From Candidatus Moraniibacteriota bacterium (GTDB taxonomy: Bacteria > Patescibacteriota > Minisyncoccia > Moranbacterales > UBA1568): 64,000 bases of DNA. Numbering within the stretch: position 1 is the stretch's first letter; every line of letters begins with the position of its first letter. The stretch is from positions 117,704 through 181,703 of the forward strand of contig CAVZUR010000003.1 of the NCBI GenBank assembly GCA_963778555.1, given 5' to 3'. A program made the translations under genes and the position numbers. Shown here in pieces: positions 36,968-45,144 of this stretch. The notes beneath the pieces were generated by a model. That model had not been told where the DNA came from. It saw only the letters and a program-made list of their open reading frames with translations, and searched no databases.

Positions 36968-37713
36968 TCATAGGCTGGCTGCCATTTTTGAAAGTATTGT
37001 CTTTGGCCGGCTCGATAGGCCAGTTTTTTTCCTTTTTGTCATATGGCTTTGACCGCCCAGATGTTGGAGGACCACGAAGGGATACACCCCAATCCAACCC
37101 TCTGCCAAAGTCGCCCGCCGACAAAAATCAACGTCTTCAAAGTAGAGGAAAAAATCCTCATCGAAACCTCCCAGTGCCTGGAAAAACTCCCGCCGAATCG
37201 CTAAGGCCGCGCCGGATACCCACTCTGTCTTTGTCACCTGCGTCGCGCACCACGGATGAGACAGCCAGAGGGGAAAAGATTTGTGCGGACAAGCTGAGCG
37301 AGGCTTGGAAATCGGCCGGCGCTCCACACTTCCCGCCTTCCCGCTTCTTGCTCAAGCGCCATGCCGTACACTGCTTTCGGTCGAAAACGGAAGGCTTCAA
37401 GCAATCCGAGAAAATTACCCTGAACGAATCGGGTGTCAGGATTGATAAAAAGAAGAATCTTCCCAGAAGCAAGTTTCGCCCCAATATTATTGGCAGCGCC
37501 AAAGCCAAGATTCTGTTCGGTGTGAACCACCTGGGTCTGGGGAAAATCAACGATACTTCGTTCGACTTCCGCCCGCTCACGCTCATCATTATTGACCACG
37601 ATATGCTCAGCCAAAAGAGAGTCTCCCAGCGACTGTTGAAGGCTCAGTAGTGCCGCTTTAAGCAGCACTACGCTGTGATAATTCACGAATATGAAAGAGA
37701 TATCAGGTTTCAT
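36968..37713 (-). CDS. family 2 glycosyltransferase interrupted by a frameshift (N-terminal part 37234..37713, C-terminal part 36968..37327)
   Basis: The N-terminus has ISFIFVNYHS and NNDERE. The C-terminus has LAIRREFFQALGGFDEDFFLYFEDVDFCRRA. The two parts overlap out of frame. Confidence 0.55.
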
Positions 37714-38561
37714 ACAGAGGCATCAGTATACGCCCGTTTCACCTCCTTTGCTATTTGATTGTCAGTCCACCACATGTCAAGTCGATTCTTGAATTTTCGT
37801 AGTGTGAGATAGAGCGGTGCCCAATACCTCCAGATTCCACGACTCTCTCGTAGGAAGAATTCTGTTCCAGAACGGACGAGCCAATAGGTCTTTTCTGGGC
37901 TCGCCTCGCTTTGCTCAACATGATGGACAATCGACTTCGGCACGACCCAGAGAGGAAAGTTGTTACGCATTGCTCGGAATGAATACTCCGCATCCTCATA
38001 GTAGAGAAAATACCGCTCATCTAATTGGCCCAGGACCTCGAGCGCCTCGGCTGGAATAAAAAGCGCGCAACCCGTTAGAAAGCCTGTTTGAAAGGGAGCT
38101 CCTGAGACCGATTTCTGATCATGGAGCGTTCGCATCCGTGCAAAATCTATCCTACCGCCCGAAAACCATATTTTTCGTTCCGGTTCAGAATAAATGACAG
38201 GGGAAAACAGCGCCTGAGACCCCAGCTCGAGACAGGCGCGCTTCAGTTCGGAAAGCGCTTCGGGATCAGCGACCACGTCATTATTCACAATCCAATAGGC
38301 ATCAAATCCGCCTGCGGCTTGCATCTGACGGAGGCCAGAATTCATGCCAGCCGCAAAGCCATGGTTCATGCCCAGAGTTATCGTCTCAATCAACGGGAAA
38401 AGCTCCTTCATCCGCTCCAACAAAGGCTGCTCGGATCCGTTATCTACTACCAGGATGCGATCTCCGAGACTCAGTGTACGAGTGAGGGAAGTGAGGCAGG
38501 GTTGAATCACGTTTTCGCCTCGATAATTTAAAACGATGACAGCAACACGCAAAGTAGCCAT
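37710..38561 (-). CDS. family 2 glycosyltransferase
   Basis: VAVIVLNYRGENVI...VVDNGS and the YYEDAE motif. Confidence 0.8.
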   Translation of the reverse strand: MATLRVAVIVLNYRGENVIQPCLTSLTRTLSLGDRILVVDNGSEQPLLERMKELFPLIETITLGMNHGFAAGMNSGLRQMQAAGGFDAYWIVNNDVVADPEALSELKRACLELGSQALFSPVIYSEPERKIWFSGGRIDFARMRTLHDQKSVSGAPFQTGFLTGCALFIPAEALEVLGQLDERYFLYYEDAEYSFRAMRNNFPLWVVPKSIVHHVEQSEASPEKTYWLVRSGTEFFLRESRGIWRYWAPLYLTLRKFKNRLDMWWTDNQIAKEVKRAYTDASV

Positions 38562-38564
38562 ATC

Positions 38565-40022
38565 TTAGGCTGAGAGCGGCTCGAATGAGTCTTCCTTTGG
38601 ATCCTCGCTGGAGTTGAAAATGCTCGCAACTTCCTTTGAAGTCACAGCTCGAGTCAGCCATAAAAGGCTAACGTACGATACTCCTCCGAGGAACAACGAG
38701 ACGAGAAAAGACAAGTGGACAGAAAGCGTGAGGACCACCGCCATGACTCCTGCTGAAAGAAAAATACGCACGAGCCGGTCTGGCTTCGGGAAAAATCCAA
38801 GAGTGCGGAAAGCGATAAGACCCGAAACGATCACTACCACAGCCTCAGTTACGGCGGACGAAACAGCCGCACCAAAATAGGAGTACTCTCGAATGAGAAG
38901 GATGTTCATGACGACATTCATCAAGGCTATGATCGCGAGCGCCTTCAAGAGTTTTTTCTGGGCATTCCCGACGAGAATGAGCATATTGAAGTAGTGGCCA
39001 AAGAAGATGCCCGCCAATGAGAATATAAGGACGCGCAGCACATTAGCTGAGACCTCGAATCCTGAACCACTGACGATGGCGACAATGTCGGGAGCTAGAA
39101 AGAGCGTCCCGATAACGATGGGGAGGACGATGGCTATAAAGACTTTAGCGGTTTTGTCAGCGATACCGCGGAATTCTCGCTGGTCTGTCTGATGAGCACG
39201 TGCTAGCAAGGGAAGGATGAGCCCGACCAGCATCGCTGGAAAAAAGATGAGATTCTCCATAATTTTGTAGGCGACATTATAGATACCCACATGCGCTGCC
39301 GGCTGGAGAAGCGAAAGTATAATCGTATCTAATTTGAAGTACGCGAAGGTGATAATAGCCGTGAGGCCTAGCGGCCAAGCATCACGCATAAAGGACTTCC
39401 AGAAGGAGACATCCCAAGTAAAGTGGAATCGGACCAGTTTCCAGGACAGGAACAGCGCCACGCACGCATTGAAAAACATCGTCGCAAGGACCGCCGCGAT
39501 GATTGCAAGAAAGCCGAGATCAAATTTGACCGCCAGATAGACAAGGCAGAATTGAAGGATTTTCCCTGCAAACTCCACCATCGCCACCCGATCCATTGCC
39601 AGCCGTTTTTGGAAGATTCCGTTGAGCAGTGTGCTGAACTGCGCGAATAGGAGTGCTATGGTCACGATTACAATGCCTCCTTTGACATGCGGGACGTAAT
39701 GGAGCAGTCCGAGAAGAATCGGTGCTCCGATAATAATCGCTAGGCTTGAAATAATTCGGAGCGTCGCCACTTTTCCGAGAAAGGACTCTTCGTCAACGGT
39801 CGGCTTGGCGATCTCCCGGGCGGTAATCGTCGCGAGTCCGAGGTCGCCAATAGCCCCGAAGAAAGCAAAGAAGGCGAGAACGGTTGCATACTCACCAAAA
39901 CCCTGTTGGCCGAGATAGCCAGTGATGAGACGGATGGAGAGAAGTGCGATGAAAACAGTCGACGTCACTTTGAGCGCCGAGTTAAATACGACGTTGTAGG
40001 CGATTCTTCGCGCGAGAGCCAT
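38565..40022 (-). CDS. wzx: oligosaccharide flippase, Wzx/polysaccharide biosynthesis protein family (MOP superfamily)
   Basis: A 485-aa protein with about 12-14 TM helices and an N-terminus MALARRIAYNVVFNSALKV... typical of the family. Confidence 0.75.
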   Translation of the reverse strand: MALARRIAYNVVFNSALKVTSTVFIALLSIRLITGYLGQQGFGEYATVLAFFAFFGAIGDLGLATITAREIAKPTVDEESFLGKVATLRIISSLAIIIGAPILLGLLHYVPHVKGGIVIVTIALLFAQFSTLLNGIFQKRLAMDRVAMVEFAGKILQFCLVYLAVKFDLGFLAIIAAVLATMFFNACVALFLSWKLVRFHFTWDVSFWKSFMRDAWPLGLTAIITFAYFKLDTIILSLLQPAAHVGIYNVAYKIMENLIFFPAMLVGLILPLLARAHQTDQREFRGIADKTAKVFIAIVLPIVIGTLFLAPDIVAIVSGSGFEVSANVLRVLIFSLAGIFFGHYFNMLILVGNAQKKLLKALAIIALMNVVMNILLIREYSYFGAAVSSAVTEAVVVIVSGLIAFRTLGFFPKPDRLVRIFLSAGVMAVVLTLSVHLSFLVSLFLGGVSYVSLLWLTRAVTSKEVASIFNSSEDPKEDSFEPLSA

Positions 40023-40033
40023 GGAGGAAACGC

Positions 40034-40531
40034 TTAAAGGGCCTTCTCTTCTACTGTGTCTGGTTTGAGTTTTATGAGCACTTTCCGCTCTTCGCCAGCA
40101 CCAACACTCTCCGTCATGACTGCGGGATGGGAAGCGAGAAGATGATGAATCATTTTCCTCTCGAACGAAAGCATAGGCCGGAGTGTCGCTGGGAGGCCAG
40201 TCGCTTCCACTTCTTTTGCTACCAACAGAGCCTCGCGCTCCAAAAAAGAGCGCTTCTCTTCAAAGTAATGATTTACATCCAGGCTGATTATCGCGTCTTT
40301 TGGCGCCGTTTGGCGAGCGATCAGCTTCACAAGATGGAGGAGCGCCCCCACATTGCCGCCGTGCTGGCCGATAAGCAGATTCTGCCCATCCTGGAGGATG
40401 ATCTCACAGTGATACCGCACTTGGCCATGTTCCGCCATCTCCTCTCCTGTCTTGACCTCCGCCACGAAACCGAGGCGCTGCAACAAGTCCTTAACTGTTA
40501 TGGTGAGGTATTGACGAAATGGTTGTTCCAT
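40034..40531 (-). CDS. jag: Jag-like KH/R3H RNA-binding protein (SpoIIIJ-associated)
   Basis: A KH-like N-terminus and an R3H C-terminus, in the conserved position downstream of yidC. Confidence 0.75.
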   Translation of the reverse strand: MEQPFRQYLTITVKDLLQRLGFVAEVKTGEEMAEHGQVRYHCEIILQDGQNLLIGQHGGNVGALLHLVKLIARQTAPKDAIISLDVNHYFEEKRSFLEREALLVAKEVEATGLPATLRPMLSFERKMIHHLLASHPAVMTESVGAGEERKVLIKLKPDTVEEKAL

Positions 40532-40537
40532 GATACT

Positions 40538-41302
40538 TTATGCCTTTGTTACAGGGGGGACTGCTGTTTTTTGATGAGAAAAGATCCATTTCTGTTGGAG
40601 CCACGCCAAGAGTGTTGAAACGAACCAATACAGGGAGAGTGCAGCGGGAAACTGAAAACTAAAGAAGAACACCATCGCCGGGCCTAGATAAAGCATCTGC
40701 TTTCCCATTATAGCAGCCATATCCGGCATATCACCGCTCGCCTTCTCGCCCTTTTTACGAGTGCTTATTGCGCTTGCTTGCGGAAGAATCATTTTTGTTT
40801 GGAAGTACTGTGCGAGGGCTCCGAGTGCGCCGAGAACTGGGCTCGCTTTCACCATGTCTAGGAAACCGAAGGCGAGGTGCTTAATCTCTCCAGGATTTGG
40901 AACAAATGAGTAAATATCGGCACTTTTCACAACCAAGCCATTCTCGCTGATATTGATTATGACCCGATAAAAAGTGATGAAAAACACGAGTTGAATAAGA
41001 AGGGGGAGACAACCAGCGAAAGGGTTGACCTTATTTTCCTTATAACAAGCCATTATCGCCTTAGTCTGCTCACCCTTATCTGATTTATATTTTTCTTGGA
41101 TCGCCTTGAGCTTTGGCTGTATATCCTGCATCCGTTTCTGCTGCTCAATTTGCATCCGAGAAAGCGAGAAAAAAGCGGTTTTAATGAGGATGGTAGTCAG
41201 GATGATCGCCAAGCCGAAATCTTGGACTGGGAGGCTAGAATAGAAAAAAATAACGGCATTATAGAGCGGTTGGTAAATGAGGGTGTGGAAAATCTCGACC
41301 AT
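40538..41302 (-). CDS. yidC: membrane protein insertase YidC (short form)
   Basis: A 254-aa protein with the YidC/Oxa1 core TM pattern, in rnpA-yidC synteny. Confidence 0.85.
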   Translation of the reverse strand: MVEIFHTLIYQPLYNAVIFFYSSLPVQDFGLAIILTTILIKTAFFSLSRMQIEQQKRMQDIQPKLKAIQEKYKSDKGEQTKAIMACYKENKVNPFAGCLPLLIQLVFFITFYRVIINISENGLVVKSADIYSFVPNPGEIKHLAFGFLDMVKASPVLGALGALAQYFQTKMILPQASAISTRKKGEKASGDMPDMAAIMGKQMLYLGPAMVFFFSFQFPAALSLYWFVSTLLAWLQQKWIFSHQKTAVPPVTKA

Positions 41303-41304
41303 AG

Positions 41305-41652
41305 TTATTTTTTCGCTTTAATAAGCCTTTCAACAAGTTCAGCAAGTACTTTTTTTAGATATGGATACTCCACAGGCCCAGGATGGGGCTTATGAAAAAG
41401 AATCACGATATCAGTGTTTTTAGGCAATAATGGTGCAATTTCCCCCATTATCGCACTTCCTTTCCTCTTCAGGAAATTCCGAGTGACAGCCCGGGGAAAG
41501 ACCTTCTGTTTAAAAGCAAAGCCGACACGCGTGCCCGATGGTGCCCCGGGACGAGAAAAAAGGCTGATTTCTGATCCAGAGATAACTTTTCGAGCCCGGA
41601 AGACCGCTTCAAACCCCTCCCTTCCTTGCAAACGGAGGTGTTTCGGAAGCAT
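41305..41652 (-). CDS. rnpA: ribonuclease P protein component
   Basis: A 115-aa basic protein (LRLQGREGFEAVF...) in rpmH-rnpA synteny. Confidence 0.8.
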   Translation of the reverse strand: MLPKHLRLQGREGFEAVFRARKVISGSEISLFSRPGAPSGTRVGFAFKQKVFPRAVTRNFLKRKGSAIMGEIAPLLPKNTDIVILFHKPHPGPVEYPYLKKVLAELVERLIKAKK

Positions 41653-41655
41653 AGG

Positions 41656-41796
41656 TTAGACGGAGAGCTTCTTCCTCCCTTGCCGGCGGCGGCGAGTAAT
41701 GACTGCTTGGCCGCCTTTTTCGCTCATCCGTTTTAGAAAACCGTGACGACGGGCACGACGGCGCTTTTTTGGCTGATAGGTGCGTTTTGTGGCCAT
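41656..41796 (-). CDS. rpmH: 50S ribosomal protein L34
   Basis: Hand translation gives [46 protein letters not shown]. No ORF of this size was in the supplied track. Confidence 0.9.
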   Translation of the reverse strand: MATKRTYQPKKRRRARRHGFLKRMSEKGGQAVITRRRRQGRKKLSV

Positions 41797-42033
41797 AGGT
41801 TATAAGAAATACATGTAGTCCAATTTTATTTTAAACAAAGGGAAAAGTCAACCTGGCCGGGGTCAATGCACCACCTTTCCCTCATTTTTTACCCACTTCT
41901 AAATTAAGTCAGCGACTTTTCTCCCTCCTTATTTTTTCGGCCATTTATACACTGATTCTCCACATATTATGCACTCTTCATTCTCGATGAAGTTGGCGGC
42001 ACATGGTACAATCAGATTTACTTGCTTTGCGCT

Positions 42034-43458
42034 ATGACCAACGAAGAACTCTGGAAAGCGGCTCTTGGCCAGATAGAACTTTCCCTTTCTAAAGCCAATT
42101 TCATTACCTGGTTTAAAAATACCTCCATCCTTTCGCAAGAGAGTGGTCGGGTTGTTATTGGTGTCCCGAACGGATTTGCTAAGGAGTGGCTGGAGAATAA
42201 GTATAATCTCTACATCATTAAAGCCCTCAAAAGCCTAGATCCGAGCATCCAGGATATTAAATGCGCTATTACGCCTCAGGGCGTACGGCTAACAGCTCCC
42301 CAGACTTTTAAGAAGTCTATGGATGCGGTTCGGCCTGCTGATGGACAGATCAACACTGCGCCCGCCGGGTTCTCTCGGAAAAAAATATCCGCGAAGCCGT
42401 CTTTGACTTCTCCGAGTGGAGATACCTACTCCCATAATCTCAATAGCCGGTACACTTTTGATAATTTTATCGTCGCAGAGAACAATGAGCTCGCCCGGGC
42501 CGCTTGTTTCGCAATTTCACAAAACCTCGGGCAACTCTATAATCCTCTTTTCATCTACGGCGGTGTGGGACTCGGGAAAACTCACTTGCTTCAAGCACTC
42601 GGGAACGAAATCACGCTCAAACAGCCTGAAAAGCGGGTAAAATACATTACATCCGAGCGCTTCACGAGCGAACTTGTCGAGTCAATAAAAAATCAGACTG
42701 TTGACCAGTTCAAGACTGCGTACGAACACATCGACCTTTTAATTATTGATGATGTTCAGTTTCTTTCGGGTCGAGAGAAGACCCAGAATGAGTTTTTTCA
42801 TATCTTTAATGCGCTCTATCAGCTCAATAAGCAGATTGTTATTTCAAGTGACCGAACACCAAAATCAATCCCGACCTTGGAGGAACGGCTGCGGTCTCGG
42901 TTTGAAGGGGGGATGATCGCGGATATTAGCCGCCCAAGCCTAGAAACCCGCGTTGCTATCCTCCAAACCAAAGCTCAAGAGCGGGGAGTCGCTATCGATC
43001 CTGCCTCTATTCAGTTCATTGCTGAGCATGTAAAAAATAATATCCGAGAACTCGAGGGGGCACTCTCGCGTGTCTTTGCTTATAGCGAGTTTCAGCAAGT
43101 CCCCATCACTTTCCCTTTAGTCCAAAAAGCTCTTTCAGATATGTTGGTGCAAACAAAAAAGTCTGTGAGGCTTGATGATATCGTGCAGGTTGTAAGTGAT
43201 TTCTACGGGGTTCCAGTGGAGGAGATGGTGAAAAAGGGACGCAAGAAAGAAGTTGCCCATCCCCGTCAGATAGCGATGTACCTCCTCCGTACCGAGCTGG
43301 ACACCCCTTTTTCTACAATTGGTACATTTTTCGGTGGTCGAGATCACACAACCGTACTGCACGCGGTAGAAAAAGTGAGTCAGAGTAAAGAAAGCCATCT
43401 CCGCATCAAAGAAGAACTCCTTTCGTTGAAAGAAAAATTACAAACGCCGGCTGTATAA
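42034..43458 (+). CDS. dnaA: chromosomal replication initiator DnaA
   Basis: Walker A (GGVGLGKTHLLQA), the AAA+ sensor motifs and a C-terminal DNA-binding domain. Confidence 0.95.
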   Translation: MTNEELWKAALGQIELSLSKANFITWFKNTSILSQESGRVVIGVPNGFAKEWLENKYNLYIIKALKSLDPSIQDIKCAITPQGVRLTAPQTFKKSMDAVRPADGQINTAPAGFSRKKISAKPSLTSPSGDTYSHNLNSRYTFDNFIVAENNELARAACFAISQNLGQLYNPLFIYGGVGLGKTHLLQALGNEITLKQPEKRVKYITSERFTSELVESIKNQTVDQFKTAYEHIDLLIIDDVQFLSGREKTQNEFFHIFNALYQLNKQIVISSDRTPKSIPTLEERLRSRFEGGMIADISRPSLETRVAILQTKAQERGVAIDPASIQFIAEHVKNNIRELEGALSRVFAYSEFQQVPITFPLVQKALSDMLVQTKKSVRLDDIVQVVSDFYGVPVEEMVKKGRKKEVAHPRQIAMYLLRTELDTPFSTIGTFFGGRDHTTVLHAVEKVSQSKESHLRIKEELLSLKEKLQTPAV

Positions 43459-43668
43459 GTCTGTATTACACTGTATGATTATTGCTTATCTTGTGGATAA
43501 ACTCTCCTCACTAACACTTTATCTCCATGAAACGAATTTTTCATACAATTCTATCCACTCGTTTATACTAAAAAATCCGCTTATCTAGGCTCTTAACCTA
43601 TGTTTCCCACTTATACAGATGACTAATAACAATAATATTTATATAAATATTCTTTATAGATTACTCTC
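43459..43668. promoter_or_regulatory. probable oriC: perfect DnaA box TGTGGATAA at 43492-43500, TATCCAC-core box at ~43551-43560, AT-rich DUE 43624-43660, between dnaA and dnaN
   Basis: Seen directly in the sequence, with the rpmH-dnaA-dnaN arrangement around it. Confidence 0.6.
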
Positions 43669-44799
43669 ATGAAACTCACCTGCACCCAAGAAAATCTTCG
43701 TAACGCTCTTTCTTTATTAGAGCGTGTTGTTGGGCGGCAAAGCTCGCTGCCTATCCTAAGTAATATTTTATTTGAGACGGAACAAGGGAGACTTTGTCTT
43801 TCAGCGACTAATCTGGAAATTGGGATAATCACTTCAATTGGAGCAAAAATCGAGTCGGAAGGCAAAATAACAGTACCAGCAAAACTGATCATTAATTTCA
43901 TCCAAAATCTTGCCGATGATCAAATTGTGAGTATTGAACAGATGGGGACGCAAGTGGTAGTCGTAAGTGGGGACTATACGGTAAAAATTAATGGATTAGA
44001 TAGTAAGGATTTCCCTATTATTCCTCGGAGGAGTGGTGGAAAAGTTTTTTTACTTCCAACAAATCCACTTCGTGAGGGACTCCAAAAAACACTCTTCTGT
44101 GTTTCTTTAAACGAAAGCCGTCCTGAACTTACAGGTGTCCTTTTTGGATTTCGAGCGGGGAAGTTCTTTCTGGCGGCAACAGATAGTTTTCGTCTCGCCG
44201 AGTGGAGTATGCAAGAATCAGCCGGTGGGGATATCAATCAGGAAGAGGGGCAGGAAGGAGTAGCGATTATCCCAGCGTACACCCTTCAAGAAGTATTGCG
44301 TACCTTACAGCAATCCTCAGACCAGGTAGGGGTTTCACTTGAGGAAAATCAGGTGTTCTTTGAAATTGGGAATACCCGCATTGTTTCAAGACTGATCAAC
44401 GGGAGATTCCCTGAGTATCAAACAATTATGCCAAAACAGTATTCTCTAGAAGTAGCCGTTGGCCAGGAAGAATTCCAAAGAGCTTTGAAAATAGCCACCT
44501 CTTTTTCCGTTTATAGCACTAATGAGGTCGTCTTCCGGTTGAATAACGAGGAAAAGCGGCTTGAAATCGAGTCGCATTCCCAAGGTATTGGAGAACAAAT
44601 CGCAAAAATCCCCTACAGTGGGGAGGTTGGGCAACCATTCCAGATCGTCTTCAGTCCGCGCTATATTCTGGAGGGTGTAGCCGCCCAACGCGGGGGGCAG
44701 ACTATCCTCTCCTTCAATTCCCCAGCCACCCCAGCCAAAATTTCTTCAGGGGTGGGGCAATCCGGGTACACGTACATTGTGATGCCTATCCGAAAATAG
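43669..44799 (+). CDS. dnaN: DNA polymerase III beta sliding clamp
   Basis: A 376-aa protein in three-domain clamp layout, downstream of dnaA. Confidence 0.9.
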   Translation: MKLTCTQENLRNALSLLERVVGRQSSLPILSNILFETEQGRLCLSATNLEIGIITSIGAKIESEGKITVPAKLIINFIQNLADDQIVSIEQMGTQVVVVSGDYTVKINGLDSKDFPIIPRRSGGKVFLLPTNPLREGLQKTLFCVSLNESRPELTGVLFGFRAGKFFLAATDSFRLAEWSMQESAGGDINQEEGQEGVAIIPAYTLQEVLRTLQQSSDQVGVSLEENQVFFEIGNTRIVSRLINGRFPEYQTIMPKQYSLEVAVGQEEFQRALKIATSFSVYSTNEVVFRLNNEEKRLEIESHSQGIGEQIAKIPYSGEVGQPFQIVFSPRYILEGVAAQRGGQTILSFNSPATPAKISSGVGQSGYTYIVMPIRK

Positions 44800-44841
44800 A
44801 GCAGGGTTCTCTTAGTCTGCGTGTCCTAAACCCATACCCAC

Positions 44842-45144
44842 ATGCGTTCACTTAAAGAATATATCGGAGGGAGAGAGTGGCGGGCACCCCACCTCCATCA
44901 TGTGGTAGATGATAAAACAATTTTTCATCTCTTCCGAAAGATTGTGAGGGAAGAATATGGTGCGCGCGGAGCGGCAGAACTTACTCCCACCGCGTTTGTT
45001 GAGGGGGTGCTATCCGTAAAGGCTGCTAGCCCACTCTACTCGAGTGAACTTTGGATGCGTCGTGAGGCTATTATTGGTCGAATGAATACCACGCTCGGAA
45101 ATGGGGGGGTAAAAGAAATCCGATTTGTTCGGTATAGCCCTTAG
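44842..45144 (+). CDS. small DUF721/DciA-like protein
   Basis: A 100-aa basic protein placed where DUF721/DciA helicase-loader proteins are commonly found. The sequence match is from memory and weak. Confidence 0.35.
   Translation: MRSLKEYIGGREWRAPHLHHVVDDKTIFHLFRKIVREEYGARGAAELTPTAFVEGVLSVKAASPLYSSELWMRREAIIGRMNTTLGNGGVKEIRFVRYSP

Noticed and set aside
36904-37650. 248-aa plus-strand ORF
   Set aside because: It is antisense to the GT2 glycosyltransferase genes, which carry clear family motifs on the minus strand.
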